Positions 39,162 through 52,072 are shown, counted from the stretch's first letter. The stretch is DNA of 64,000 nt from an uncultured Pelagibacteraceae bacterium (GCA_902613065.1 CACMFU010000001.1:131471-195470), one strand, 5' to 3'. Notes: a model not told the origin generated them from the letters alone. A program made the numbers and translations.

Positions 39162-40007
39162 TTACTTTACAAAATTACCATTATGATAATCATCAATTGC
39201 TTGAAGTATTTCTTGTTTGGTATTCATGACAAATGGGCCACCTCTTGCAATCTGTTCTCCTATCGGTTTTCCAGATATTAGTAAAAATTTAGCTTTTGTT
39301 AAAGCAGTTACTTTCAAGTTTTCACCTTTAGATAATAAAATTAAAGTAGAGTCTTTAACACTTTCATGTTTATTGTTTCCAATTTCTATCTCACCTTCAA
39401 TTAAATATATGAATGAATTGTGTGTGGATGGAACTTGATGATTAAAAATTTTACTTTCATTCAATTCTACATCAAAATAAATTGGATCGACATTGTGTTT
39501 TTTTATTGGACCTTCTGAATTTTCAAACTTTCCAGCAATTACTTTTATAAATTTATCTTTATCCTTATGTGTACTCATTTTATCAGAGTCTATATAGTGG
39601 TATTCTGGTTTACTCATCTTCTCGCTGGCAGGCATATTAATCCATAATTGAAAACCATGAAGTTTTCCATCGTTCATAGCTGGCATTTCAGAATGAATTA
39701 TTCCACTACCAGTTTTCATCCATTGCACATCTCCTGCAGTCATTTTTCCTTGACCACCTGTACTATCTTTATGTTCGAAACTCCCAGCTAACATGTATGT
39801 AACTGTTTCAATTCCTCTGTGTGGATGAGGAGGAAAGCCCGCAATATAATCATCTTTATTTTCTGATCCAAATTCATCTAACATTAAAAATGGATCATAA
39901 TAATTTGGTTCAACGCCAATACTTCTTTTTAATTTAACTCCTGCACCATCTGATGCGGGTGTTGGATCTATAATTTTTTCTACTTCGATATTTGTCATGT
40001 TGTTCAT
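39162..40007 (-). CDS. Pirin family protein
   Basis: DPFLMLDEF, FPPHPHRGIETVTY, QWMKTGSGIIHSE, GGPFVMN. Confidence 0.95.
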   Translation of the reverse strand: MNNMTNIEVEKIIDPTPASDGAGVKLKRSIGVEPNYYDPFLMLDEFGSENKDDYIAGFPPHPHRGIETVTYMLAGSFEHKDSTGGQGKMTAGDVQWMKTGSGIIHSEMPAMNDGKLHGFQLWINMPASEKMSKPEYHYIDSDKMSTHKDKDKFIKVIAGKFENSEGPIKKHNVDPIYFDVELNESKIFNHQVPSTHNSFIYLIEGEIEIGNNKHESVKDSTLILLSKGENLKVTALTKAKFLLISGKPIGEQIARGGPFVMNTKQEILQAIDDYHNGNFVK

Positions 40008-40018
40008 ATAGGATATAT

Positions 40019-40681
40019 CTAAATTAAATCAAGTAATTCTGATAAATTACTTATTTGTTGGATAGGTTCAAAATCTAATTTATCAAAAATATTATTATTT
40101 CTATTCACCCAAACTGTGTTGTATCCATAATTCCCTGCGCCAGAAACATCCCATGTATTAGCACTTAAGAATAAAACTTCATTCTTTTCAATATTATATT
40201 TATTTATTGGAAGATCATATACTTTTGAATCTGGTTTAAAAATACCAGCTTCTTCTACAGAAAAAATATCATCAAAAATATCTTTTAATTGATTGCTAAC
40301 TACAAGTTCATTTAAAAGTTCAGGCGTACCATTTGATAGAATTGCTAATTTATAATTTGATTGTTTTAATTTTTTTAAAGCATCCCTTACTTCTGTAAAT
40401 GGTGAAAGCACTTTATATAAATTTAATAGTTCTGATCTCATTGAATTATCAATATTGTAAAAATTCATAGATTTATCCAAACTATCTTCAGTGATTTGCC
40501 AAAAGTCTTTGTGTCTTCTCATTAAACTTCTAAGCCAAGTATATTCAAGTTGTGTAGTTCTCCAATAATTAGCAAATCCTTCCCATTTATCTCCTAATTT
40601 TTCCTTACATTTTTCAGCTGCAGAATTAACATCAAATAGGGTGCCGTATGCATCAAATATGATTGCTTTAATTTTTTTCAT
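40019..40681 (-). CDS. L-2-haloacid dehalogenase type II (HAD)
   Basis: FDAYGTLFDV, WRTTQLEYTW, AILSNG, FKPDSKVY, SANTWDVSGA. Confidence 0.92.
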   Translation of the reverse strand: MKKIKAIIFDAYGTLFDVNSAAEKCKEKLGDKWEGFANYWRTTQLEYTWLRSLMRRHKDFWQITEDSLDKSMNFYNIDNSMRSELLNLYKVLSPFTEVRDALKKLKQSNYKLAILSNGTPELLNELVVSNQLKDIFDDIFSVEEAGIFKPDSKVYDLPINKYNIEKNEVLFLSANTWDVSGAGNYGYNTVWVNRNNNIFDKLDFEPIQQISNLSELLDLI

Positions 40682-40698
40682 AAATTAATTTAAATATA

Positions 40699-41397
40699 AT
40701 GAGCAATATTAGAATATTTTATCCAGAAAAATTATCAATTAATTTAGAAACTAATTTAACTAAGTCTCAGTCACACTATTTATTGAAAGTAATGAGGATT
40801 AAACAAGGAGAGACTTTTTCAGTTTTTAATAAATCCGGAGAATGGAAGTCAATTGTAACTGAAATTTCAAAAAGCAGCTTAAATTTCAAGGTTGTTGAAC
40901 AGTTGAGACAAAAAGAAAAAGAGCAAGAAATCTGGTTAGCCTTCTCGCCCATTAAATCAAATTATTTTAACTTCATGATACAAAAAGCAACTGAGCTTGG
41001 AGTAACAAAATTTGTACCAATTATTTCTGAAAGGACAATTGTTAGAAAAGTAAATAATGAGAGATTAAATAAAATAATTATAGAGTCGTGTGAGCAAAGT
41101 AATAGAATAAATATTCCCTTAATTGAAAAACCTCAATCATTAGATAAATTCCTTTCTAACAATTCAGATATAAATTTAATTTTTGGAGATTTAAATACGA
41201 ATAATAAAAAAATTAAAATTTCTAATTCAAAACCAAATTGTCTTTTAATTGGTCCTGAAGGGGATTATTCAGCCAGTGAAATTAAAAAGATTCTAAACTT
41301 TAAAGGGTCTCAATCGATAAAACTAAGTGATAACATTTTAAGGTCTGAAACTGCGGTTATATCCGCGTTATCTGTGATCAATTATTTGCAAAATTGA
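40699..41397 (+). CDS. rsmE: 16S rRNA m3U1498 methyltransferase
   Basis: HYLLKVMR, QKATELGV, ESCEQSNR, IGPEGDY, ILRSETA. Confidence 0.93.
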   Translation: MSNIRIFYPEKLSINLETNLTKSQSHYLLKVMRIKQGETFSVFNKSGEWKSIVTEISKSSLNFKVVEQLRQKEKEQEIWLAFSPIKSNYFNFMIQKATELGVTKFVPIISERTIVRKVNNERLNKIIIESCEQSNRINIPLIEKPQSLDKFLSNNSDINLIFGDLNTNNKKIKISNSKPNCLLIGPEGDYSASEIKKILNFKGSQSIKLSDNILRSETAVISALSVINYLQN

Positions 41398-41456
41398 TAA
41401 ATTGTCGCGAATTCTCTAGTATTTTTTATAATATTTTCGATCTATATAGAAAACAA

Positions 41457-43906
<2,450 letters not shown>

Positions 43907-43932
43907 TAACGTCTTAAGATATAAAAATTAAA

Positions 43933-44841
43933 ATGGCTACGACGTATTCTAAAGTAAAAAAATCATATTACGAACTAGGTATTATTACTGAATTATTAAA
44001 GTTAATGAAACCAAGAGTAATGTCTCTTGTTATTTTCACATGTGCAGTTGGTCTATTAACAGCTCCTACTTCAGTTTCATTTCAACAATCAGTGATTGGA
44101 ATATTAATTGTAGCCTTTGGCGCTGGAGCAGCGGGAGCACTTAACATGTGGTATGAAGCTGACTTAGATAAATTAATGTCTAGAACTTGCCTGCGTCCAA
44201 TTCCAAGAGGAAAGCTGAATAGAAACCAAGCATTATATTTTGGAACATCTCTGTCAGTTATTTCAGTTGTAAGCTTATACTTTGTTACAAATGCTTTATC
44301 AGCATTTCTATTATTGTTTACGATATTATTTTACGTATTTGTTTATACAATTTGGTTAAAAAGAAAAACTCCACAAAATATTGTTATAGGTGGAGCTTCA
44401 GGAGCTTTACCACCAGTAATTGGATGGGCAATAGCAACAAATTCTATTTCATTGGAGTCTATTGCTTTTTTTTTAATAATTTTCTTTTGGACACCGTCAC
44501 ACTTTTGGGCATTAAGCTTATACAAAGCTGATGATTATAAAAAAGCAGGTATTCCAATGCTCCCAGTAACTAATGGAATTCAGGATACTAAAAAGAACAT
44601 TCTAATTTATTCTTTGCTAATGATACCAACAATTGTTTTCCCATATTACATTGGATTTGTCGGTGAAGTATTCTTAACACTTAGCTTGCTACTTACATTT
44701 TATTATAATTTAATTTGTTTCCAGCTTTACAACTATAAAGTTGGAAAATTTAATATAAAGAAAGCTAGACATATTTTCAGCTATTCAATTATTTACTTAT
44801 TTTTAATATTTGTTTTTTTCTTAGTGGATAAAGTTTTATGA
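43933..44841 (+). CDS. ctaB: Protoheme IX farnesyltransferase (heme O synthase)
   Basis: MKPRVMSLV, NMWYEADLD, RTCLRPIP, LKRKTPQNIVIGG, WTPSHFWAL. Confidence 0.95.
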   Translation: MATTYSKVKKSYYELGIITELLKLMKPRVMSLVIFTCAVGLLTAPTSVSFQQSVIGILIVAFGAGAAGALNMWYEADLDKLMSRTCLRPIPRGKLNRNQALYFGTSLSVISVVSLYFVTNALSAFLLLFTILFYVFVYTIWLKRKTPQNIVIGGASGALPPVIGWAIATNSISLESIAFFLIIFFWTPSHFWALSLYKADDYKKAGIPMLPVTNGIQDTKKNILIYSLLMIPTIVFPYYIGFVGEVFLTLSLLLTFYYNLICFQLYNYKVGKFNIKKARHIFSYSIIYLFLIFVFFLVDKVL

Positions 44842-44963
44842 TAGTCAAAGATCAAAAATTAAAAAAGAAAAATTTATGGACAGCAGTTGGTTTGGTTGCA
44901 TTTATAGTTTTCTTATTCATTTTTACACTATTTAATATTGGAGTATTTGAAAGACCTCTATGA
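44838..44963 (+). CDS. Small single-TM protein (CoxF-like) between ctaB and ctaG; absent from the ORF track
   Basis: 41-aa MIVKDQKLKKKNLWTAVGLVAFIVFLFIFTLFNIGVFERPL; 4-nt ATGA overlaps with both neighbours. Confidence 0.8.
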   Translation: MIVKDQKLKKKNLWTAVGLVAFIVFLFIFTLFNIGVFERPL

Positions 44964-45508
44964 TTAAAAAAAATACTTTAACTCCACTAATTCTTGCAGG
45001 AATTTTTGTCTTTATGTTGGGATTGTCTTTCGCAGCCGTGCCTTTGTATGATTTATTTTGTAGAGTAACTGGCTTTGGTGGAACTACACAAATATCCAAA
45101 GAGGCTCCCAATATAGTTCTAGATAAAAAAATAAATGTAAGGTTAGATACCAACGTTAACAGTGCTCTTGATTGGAATTTTGATGTTGATCAAAAAACAA
45201 TGGATGTCCAGCCAGGCAAGGTATATAGAATTAAATTTGAAGTGGAAAACACGGGAGATGAAATTTCATCTGCTGTAGCTACATATAATGTTTCTCCATC
45301 ATCATTTGGAGCATATTTTAATAAATTAGGCTGTTTTTGCTTTGAAAAACAAACATTAGATCCGGGGGAAAAGGCAAGTTACACCCTAGTATTCTACTTA
45401 GATCCAGAATTAGTAAATGATCCAAAAACATCTAGAGTTGAAGATGTTACTATGTCATATACTTTTTTCTCATCTGAATATTATAAAAACGAAAAAAAAG
45501 AGAGTTAA
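44960..45508 (+). CDS. ctaG: Cytochrome c oxidase copper chaperone Cox11/CtaG
   Basis: FAAVPLYDLFCRVTGFGGT, YFNKLGCFCF. Confidence 0.96.
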   Translation: MIKKNTLTPLILAGIFVFMLGLSFAAVPLYDLFCRVTGFGGTTQISKEAPNIVLDKKINVRLDTNVNSALDWNFDVDQKTMDVQPGKVYRIKFEVENTGDEISSAVATYNVSPSSFGAYFNKLGCFCFEKQTLDPGEKASYTLVFYLDPELVNDPKTSRVEDVTMSYTFFSSEYYKNEKKES

Positions 45509-45513
45509 AATAA

Positions 45514-46305
45514 ATGTCTGCATCTGGTCAAAAACATGATTATCATTTAGTTGACCCTAGCCCTTGGCCTTTAGCTACATCTATAGCAACACTAGTTACT
45601 GCAGTTGGATCTGTTTATTATTTCCACAGTAAAGTTATGTGGGCAATGGTTTTAGGTTTTTTACTTATAATTTATTGTGCATTCATGTGGTTCAGAGATG
45701 TCGTAATTGAAGCTGAGCACAAAGGTCATCACACACCTGTTGTTCAAATTCATCACAGATATGGAATGACATTATTTATTGCATCTGAAGTAATGTTTTT
45801 TGTTGCATGGTTTTGGGCATACTTTGATGCAAGTTTGTTTCCAAATGAATTCATGGGAAATGTATGGCCGCCAAAAGATATTGAGACTTTTGATCCATGG
45901 GATATCCCACTTATAAATACTCTTGTCTTACTTTTATCTGGTACAACAGTAACTTGGGCACACCATTCTTTATTAGAGGACGACAGAAAAGGATTTATAA
46001 ATGGTCTAATTTGTACAGTAATTTTAGGAGCATTCTTTACGTTATTGCAAATATACGAATACCAACACGCTACATTTAGTTTTTCAGGTCACATTTATGG
46101 TGCTACATTCTATATGGCCACAGGGTTTCATGGTTTCCATGTATTAGTTGGGACTATCTTTTTAGCGGTTTGTTTATGGAGAGGTAAATTAGGACACTTC
46201 ACTAAAGAGCATCACTTTGGTTTTGAAGCTGCTGCTTGGTACTGGCACTTTGTTGATGTTGTCTGGTTGTTCTTATTTGCAGCTATTTACATTTGGGGAA
46301 GTTAA
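45514..46305 (+). CDS. coxC: Cytochrome c oxidase subunit III
   Basis: HLVDPSPWP, LFIASEVMFF, WAHH, TGFHGFHV, AAWYWHFVDVVW. Confidence 0.98.
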   Translation: MSASGQKHDYHLVDPSPWPLATSIATLVTAVGSVYYFHSKVMWAMVLGFLLIIYCAFMWFRDVVIEAEHKGHHTPVVQIHHRYGMTLFIASEVMFFVAWFWAYFDASLFPNEFMGNVWPPKDIETFDPWDIPLINTLVLLLSGTTVTWAHHSLLEDDRKGFINGLICTVILGAFFTLLQIYEYQHATFSFSGHIYGATFYMATGFHGFHVLVGTIFLAVCLWRGKLGHFTKEHHFGFEAAAWYWHFVDVVWLFLFAAIYIWGS

Positions 46306-46311
46306 TAGTTC

Positions 46312-46965
46312 TTGAAAAATAAGTTATCTTTTTCAATTTTTGTATACTTTTTTATTTTAGTTTTTTTGTCATTAGGCACTTGGCAAATTGTTAGACTAAA
46401 TTGGAAGCTTGATTTAATAAATTCAATCGATCAATCTTTAAAAAGTGATCCAGTAGAATTTAATGGAAGTAATCCAATTAACTTTAAAAAAATAAAATTT
46501 GAAGGAATATTAGATAATTCAAAAATAATTTTTTTATATTCCTTAAATGACAAAGGAGAGCCAGGATTTGATATTGTAAATCCAGTTAGTATTAACAATA
46601 AAAGCTATCTAATAAATCGAGGTTGGGTTCCAAGAGATTTTAAATCTAAAAAGTATATTTCAAATGAAAGTAAATTTGAGGGAGTTTTAAAATTAAAAAG
46701 CAAATTTAATTATTTCAAGCCAGATAATGACATAAATAAGAATTATTGGTTCACTCTTAAAGATGAAGATTTATTGACTTATACAGGCAAAGAATTTTCT
46801 CCATTCATTATCAACAATATTAGCAATCAAGAAGGAATTTATCCAAAGTCAAAACAAATAGGAGCCAATATTTCAAACAACCACTTAAAGTATGCTCTTA
46901 CATGGTTTTCATTAGCCGTTTCCATCTTTTTAATATATTTATATTTCAGAAAAAAAAATTACTGA
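46312..46965 (+). CDS. surf1: SURF1/Shy1 cytochrome oxidase biogenesis protein
   Basis: LGTWQIVRL-WK, LINRGWVP, NNHLKYALTWF. Confidence 0.92.
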   Translation: MKNKLSFSIFVYFFILVFLSLGTWQIVRLNWKLDLINSIDQSLKSDPVEFNGSNPINFKKIKFEGILDNSKIIFLYSLNDKGEPGFDIVNPVSINNKSYLINRGWVPRDFKSKKYISNESKFEGVLKLKSKFNYFKPDNDINKNYWFTLKDEDLLTYTGKEFSPFIINNISNQEGIYPKSKQIGANISNNHLKYALTWFSLAVSIFLIYLYFRKKNY

Positions 46966-48338
46966 TGGAATATATAAGCACTAGAAACAATTCAGATCAT
47001 TTTTCATTTAAAAAAGTATTTCTAAAAGGTTTAGCTGATGATGGGGGTCTTTTTGTACCAAAGTCAATCAAACCATTTAGTAAAGATGAATTAAACAAAC
47101 TAAGTTGTCTTAATTACAATGAATTAGCAGCCGAAATAATTTTCCCATTTATTGGTGATTTTATGACTAAAGAAGAATTAATTTCCACAGTGTCAAAATC
47201 TTACTCAAATTTTAGAGCAGAGGATGTTGTAAAAATCTCTGATTTAGGAAAATTAAAAGTTTTAGAACTCTATCATGGTCCAACACTTGCTTTTAAAGAT
47301 ATTGCAATGCAATTAATAGGAAATTTTTATCAATATCATTTAGGAAATGAACAAGAAAAAATTAATATTATTGTAGCAACTTCAGGAGACACAGGTGCAG
47401 CTGCTATTGATGCTTTAAAAGGCAAAAAGAATTTAAATGTTTTTGTATTACATCCAAATAACAGGATTTCACCAGTGCAAAGAAGACTGATGACAATCCA
47501 TGAAGAAAAAAATGTATTCAATATTGCTATTGATGGAAACTTTGATGACTGTCAAAATCTAGTTAAAGCAATGTTTAATGATGAAAAATTTTCTAGCTCA
47601 ATAAATATGTCAGGTGTTAATTCAATTAATTGGGCAAGAATTGTTGCTCAAGCTGTTTATTATTTTTATTCTTATTTTAAAATAGGCAATGGACAGCCCC
47701 TGTCTTTTTCTGTTCCGACTGGAAATTTTGGAGATATTTATGCTGGTTATTTAGCGAAGAAACTTGGTCTTCCAATTGATAAACTTATTGTAGCTACTAA
47801 CAAAAATGACATCCTTCATAGAGCAATTTCTGGTGGAGATTATTCTCAAAAGAAAGTTGAGGAAACAAATACCCCCAGCATGGATATCCAGATAGCAAGC
47901 AACTTTGAGAGACTTTTATACGATGTTAAAGACTGTAATTCAGAAGTTACGAAAGATGTAATGAGTAGAATAAAAAACAATACTTATCAAATCGACAATA
48001 GTGACTTAAATGAAATAAAAAAGAATTTTACGTCTGAAATGTTAGATGAAAATGAAACAATCCAAATGATAAAAGATATAAATAAAGAATATAAAGTTGT
48101 AGTTGATCCACATACTGCAGTTGGAATTGGTGCTGCAAAAAAACTTGGACTAGAACAAAATTGTGTTGTTTTATCTACTGCACACCCATGTAAGTTTCCA
48201 AAAGCAATAGAAGATGCAATCTCAAAAACTGAAGAATTACCAGATAGTCTTAAATATGTTTATGATAGAGAAGAAAAATTTGAAGTTATATCAAATGATA
48301 TAAATAAAGTTAAAGAATACGTAATAAACTCAATATGA
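46965..48338 (+). CDS. thrC: Threonine synthase (start placed at ATG 46965)
   Basis: YISTR, GLADDGGL, HGPTLAFKD, ATSGDTG, NSINWAR, PTGNFG, PSMDIQIASNFER. Confidence 0.96.
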   Translation: MEYISTRNNSDHFSFKKVFLKGLADDGGLFVPKSIKPFSKDELNKLSCLNYNELAAEIIFPFIGDFMTKEELISTVSKSYSNFRAEDVVKISDLGKLKVLELYHGPTLAFKDIAMQLIGNFYQYHLGNEQEKINIIVATSGDTGAAAIDALKGKKNLNVFVLHPNNRISPVQRRLMTIHEEKNVFNIAIDGNFDDCQNLVKAMFNDEKFSSSINMSGVNSINWARIVAQAVYYFYSYFKIGNGQPLSFSVPTGNFGDIYAGYLAKKLGLPIDKLIVATNKNDILHRAISGGDYSQKKVEETNTPSMDIQIASNFERLLYDVKDCNSEVTKDVMSRIKNNTYQIDNSDLNEIKKNFTSEMLDENETIQMIKDINKEYKVVVDPHTAVGIGAAKKLGLEQNCVVLSTAHPCKFPKAIEDAISKTEELPDSLKYVYDREEKFEVISNDINKVKEYVINSI

Positions 48339-48820
48339 AATTAAAAATAAAAGATCAAATTCCAGATATAGAAATTTTTCATTTAGTAGATGGTGAACCA
48401 CAAACTAGTAAGATTAGAGATATATTAGGAAAAGGTAAAGTTGTTTTATTCGGATTGCCTGGTGCCTTTACTTCTACTTGTTCAAAACTTCATCTTCCTG
48501 GATATGTAGCTAATGCCGATAAAATAAAAGCCAAAGGAATAGATAATATATTTTGTTTATCTGTGAATGATCCTTTTGTTATGAATGCTTGGGGAAAAGC
48601 AAACAATGCGGCTGGTAAAATTACAATGTTATCAGATCCGTATCTATTGTTTACAAAAGCCATCGGTGCTGAAGTAGATAGAAATTCAAAAGGAATGGGT
48701 ATTAGATCAAATCGTTACGCAATGGTTATTGAAAATCTAGAAGTCATTAATATTCAAGTTGAGAAAGAGACTAAACAATGCGGTTTATCTTCAGCAGAGG
48801 GTGTTTTAGATTTATTATAA
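48335..48820 (+). CDS. Peroxiredoxin (Prx5 type)
   Basis: LPGAFTSTCS, SVNDPFVMNAW, RSNRYAM. Confidence 0.93.
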   Translation: MKLKIKDQIPDIEIFHLVDGEPQTSKIRDILGKGKVVLFGLPGAFTSTCSKLHLPGYVANADKIKAKGIDNIFCLSVNDPFVMNAWGKANNAAGKITMLSDPYLLFTKAIGAEVDRNSKGMGIRSNRYAMVIENLEVINIQVEKETKQCGLSSAEGVLDLL

Positions 48821-48850
48821 TTAGTAGGGCAATTCTGTTGCCAGGTGTAC

Positions 48851-49273
48851 CTAAATTATTGCAGAGGACCTTGCCAATAAATCCACTTCATTATTAAGTT
48901 TATCTGTTGAATGTGCCTTTACCCAGCTCCATTTAATTTCAAAAGTATTTGATAAATTATCTAATTCAGTCCAAAGTTCTTTATTTTTAACTTCTTTTTT
49001 ATTTGCTGTTTTCCAACCATTTTTTTTCCAATTATGTATCCATTCAGTTATTCCAGATTTTACATATTTAGAATCTGTAAATATTTGAACCTTGCTTCCT
49101 TTTGGAATTTTTTTTAAAGCTTTAATTGGCGCAAGTAATTCCATTTGATTGTTTGTTGTTTCTTTTTTGCTTCCTTTAATTTGAGTTTTCTTTCCATTGT
49201 CAATAATGATTGCTGCCCAACCACCATTTCCTGGATTTCCAATGCAAGAACCATCTGTGTAGATTTTAATCAT
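48851..49273 (-). CDS. rnhA: Ribonuclease HI
   Basis: YTDGSCIGNPG, TTNNQMEL, TDSKY, WVKAH, NNEVD. Confidence 0.97.
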   Translation of the reverse strand: MIKIYTDGSCIGNPGNGGWAAIIIDNGKKTQIKGSKKETTNNQMELLAPIKALKKIPKGSKVQIFTDSKYVKSGITEWIHNWKKNGWKTANKKEVKNKELWTELDNLSNTFEIKWSWVKAHSTDKLNNEVDLLARSSAII

Positions 49274-50238
49274 TAAGAATAATCCTTAAATGTGCTTAGA
49301 TTTCTGTGAAAATTTAACTTATCTATATACTCCTTTGGATCTTTGATTTTAATGACAGCATTTTTAGGAGTATTTAAATAGTCATAAGATCTAGTCAAAA
49401 GATATCTTAAAGCCGATCCTCTACATAATGTATTTAAATTTCTTTTTTCAATTTCACTTAATTTTCTAACAGATTGGTAGCCTTTTAATAAATTTGAAGA
49501 TCTTTTTTTATCTAATACAAATTTTCTATTTTTCTTTTTAAAGCATAAAGCATTAATGCAGGTTGCTAATTCATAAGATAGAAAATCATTAGCCGAAAAA
49601 TAAAAATCTATAAATCCATGAAATTTGTCTTTATTGAAAAAAATATTATCAATAAATAGATCGCTATGAATTATTCCGTTTGGCATCTTTTTAGGCCATT
49701 TTCTTTTGATATCTTTCAGATCATCTCTCATTAAATCTTTTAAGTTTTTAGACAATTTATTAATTTTATTGTCTATTTTATTTAGAATTGATCCCCATGA
49801 ATTTATCGATAGAGAATTTTTTCTATATAATTTCAATTTCTTTGAAGCTTTATGAAGAAGTGCAGCATTTTTTCCAACTATAAAACAATCCCTATTATTT
49901 AGTTGTTCTTTATCTTTCCCTTCTAGGAAACTGACAATACAAGCTTTTTTATTTTTTAAGTTAAATAAATATTTACCCTTTTTATCTTTTATAGGAACTG
50001 GACATTTTACTTTTAATCTAGATAGACCAGACATAAGATTAACAAAAAATGGGAGATCTTTTTTCTGAACTCTTTTTTCGTAAATAGTTAAAATATATTT
50101 TTTTTTCTTTGTCTTTAAAAGGAAGTTGGTATTTTCAATACCTTTTTTTATACCTGAATAATTTTCTATTTTTCCAATATTATATTTCTTCTCAATAAAT
50201 TTTATCTGCTTATTATTAATTTTAGTATAAACAGCCAT
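49273..50238 (-). CDS. thrB: Homoserine kinase type II
   Basis: MAVYT, GIENTNF, IHSDLFIDN, IDFYF, RYLLTRSYD; ispH-thrB-rnhA order. Confidence 0.93.
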   Translation of the reverse strand: MAVYTKINNKQIKFIEKKYNIGKIENYSGIKKGIENTNFLLKTKKKKYILTIYEKRVQKKDLPFFVNLMSGLSRLKVKCPVPIKDKKGKYLFNLKNKKACIVSFLEGKDKEQLNNRDCFIVGKNAALLHKASKKLKLYRKNSLSINSWGSILNKIDNKINKLSKNLKDLMRDDLKDIKRKWPKKMPNGIIHSDLFIDNIFFNKDKFHGFIDFYFSANDFLSYELATCINALCFKKKNRKFVLDKKRSSNLLKGYQSVRKLSEIEKRNLNTLCRGSALRYLLTRSYDYLNTPKNAVIKIKDPKEYIDKLNFHRNLSTFKDYS

Positions 50239-51182
50239 TAATTTAATTTTCCAGGAATTTTAAAAGTAATATTTTCTTTTACGATTTCAACTTCTTCTAT
50301 GTTGACTGTAAATTGATCTTTTAACTCTGCTATAAACTTTTCAACAAGTATTTCTGGCGCCGAAGCACCTGAGGAGATTCCAATCGTATTACATCCTTTA
50401 ATTTTATCTATAGGCACTGGACTTTCCGAATGTATTAACTCAGCAGAACTACAACCAGAGTTTTTAGCAACCTCAACTAATCTTACCGAGTTAGATGAAT
50501 TTCTACTTCCAATTACAAAAAACATATCACATTTATCTGCTATTTCTTTAACTGCGGATTGTCTATTTGTTGTTGCATAACATATGTCATCTTTTTTAGG
50601 CTCTTTAATATCTGGGAATTTAGATTTTAGAGCTGCAATAATATCTTTGGTATCATCTACAGAGAGCGTTGTTTGAGTTATGAAAGATAGATGTTTTTTT
50701 GAGACATTTTCATACTTATTTGCATCCTCAATATTTTCTATTAAATCTATTGAACCTTCTGGCAATTGACCCATAGTTCCTATGACTTCTGGATGGTTTT
50801 TGTGACCTATTAATAATATATGATGTCCTTGTTTATTTAAGTTTTCTGCTTCTCTATGAACTTTAGATACTAGAGGACACGTTGCATCTACAAACATCAT
50901 ATTTAAATTAGAAGCTTCCTCTGGAACAGATTTTGGAACCCCATGTGCTGAGAATATAACTGGTCTCGATTTATCTTTAATCTCATCTAATTCTTCAACA
51001 AATATCGCTCCTATCTTTTTTAAACTTTCTACAACATGTTTGTTATGTACAATTTCGTGTCTCACATAAACTGGAGCACCAAATTTATCTATACTCTTTT
51101 TTACAATTTCAATTGCTCTATCAACGCCTGCACAAAATCCTCTTGGTGCAGCTAAATAAATTTTTAAATTTTTGTTACTCAT
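50238..51182 (-). CDS. ispH: 4-hydroxy-3-methylbut-2-enyl diphosphate reductase
   Basis: PRGFCAGV, HEIVHN, FSAHG, DATCPLV, HPEVIGT, ICYATTNRQ, NSSNS. Confidence 0.97.
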   Translation of the reverse strand: MSNKNLKIYLAAPRGFCAGVDRAIEIVKKSIDKFGAPVYVRHEIVHNKHVVESLKKIGAIFVEELDEIKDKSRPVIFSAHGVPKSVPEEASNLNMMFVDATCPLVSKVHREAENLNKQGHHILLIGHKNHPEVIGTMGQLPEGSIDLIENIEDANKYENVSKKHLSFITQTTLSVDDTKDIIAALKSKFPDIKEPKKDDICYATTNRQSAVKEIADKCDMFFVIGSRNSSNSVRLVEVAKNSGCSSAELIHSESPVPIDKIKGCNTIGISSGASAPEILVEKFIAELKDQFTVNIEEVEIVKENITFKIPGKLN

Positions 51183-52072
51183 TTTTTTTCTACCATGAAT
51201 TCAAGTAAAATATGAGGGAAGGTCAATGAAGCCAATCCAACAAATATTATTTTAATAATACTTTCATCTATACCAAATTTTTCTGAAATAAAATAAAAAA
51301 CTATTAAATACATTATTGCTGTGATTACTGTAAGTGGAATAATTTTTCGCAAAAAAATAGGAAATCCTTTCATCAAATTTTTATTTATTTCACTAATTAA
51401 ACTTAGTGAGTGTCTTATAGAATGAAGAAAGCAGAAATAAATTGTGAAAGCCAATATAGGGTTAAAAAAATAGTTTAAAATAATTATTGAAAAACTATCT
51501 AAAAAAAGAATTGATCTTAAATCATTATTATTACCTCTATATATAAGAAAATTACTTAGCACTGATAATATAACTAAAGGAATTAAAAAATTATTAGCCA
51601 CAATATTTTCGTCTATTGAAAAATTTAACATTTTAAAAATTTCGATTGTCTCAGTTTTGTGAAACAGTAAGGGTGCTGAAATAACTAATGATCCTTTAAT
51701 GAAATAAAAAATTTCTAAAAAATTAGCATTTTTTGTTTCGATAAAGTCACTATCCTCTTTGCCAAAATGATATGCTGCAACTATTAAAAAAAGCGAAAGC
51801 AACAATATTGGACTTAAAATCCAAATTAGAATAACAAAAATAGCAATACCTATATAAGTTATATAGAACACTTCTGTATTTTTAATTTTATAAATTTTTA
51901 AAAGTTTTTTACCTTTTTCATGATCCAGCGCACCGTGAGAGATACCAATTGTAAGAATTAAAAAAAAACTAAAAAGTATAAACGAATTATCTCTCAATAC
52001 CTCAAAGGCAGAAAAAAAAATACAGATATTAAAAAAAATAATAGAATGAAAAAAATTTATTTTGTTGATCAT
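51179..52072 (-). CDS. blh: Beta-carotene 15,15'-dioxygenase (Brp/Blh)
   Basis: IGISHGALD, AYHFGKED, FCFLHSIRH, LTFPHILL; downstream of crtIBY. Confidence 0.93.
   Translation of the reverse strand: MINKINFFHSIIFFNICIFFSAFEVLRDNSFILFSFFLILTIGISHGALDHEKGKKLLKIYKIKNTEVFYITYIGIAIFVILIWILSPILLLSLFLIVAAYHFGKEDSDFIETKNANFLEIFYFIKGSLVISAPLLFHKTETIEIFKMLNFSIDENIVANNFLIPLVILSVLSNFLIYRGNNNDLRSILFLDSFSIIILNYFFNPILAFTIYFCFLHSIRHSLSLISEINKNLMKGFPIFLRKIIPLTVITAIMYLIVFYFISEKFGIDESIIKIIFVGLASLTFPHILLEFMVEKK

Noticed and set aside
48828-48842. GGCAA-TTCTG-TTGCC hairpin between convergent prx and rnhA
   Set aside because: Only a 5-bp stem with no U-tract, too weak to call a terminator
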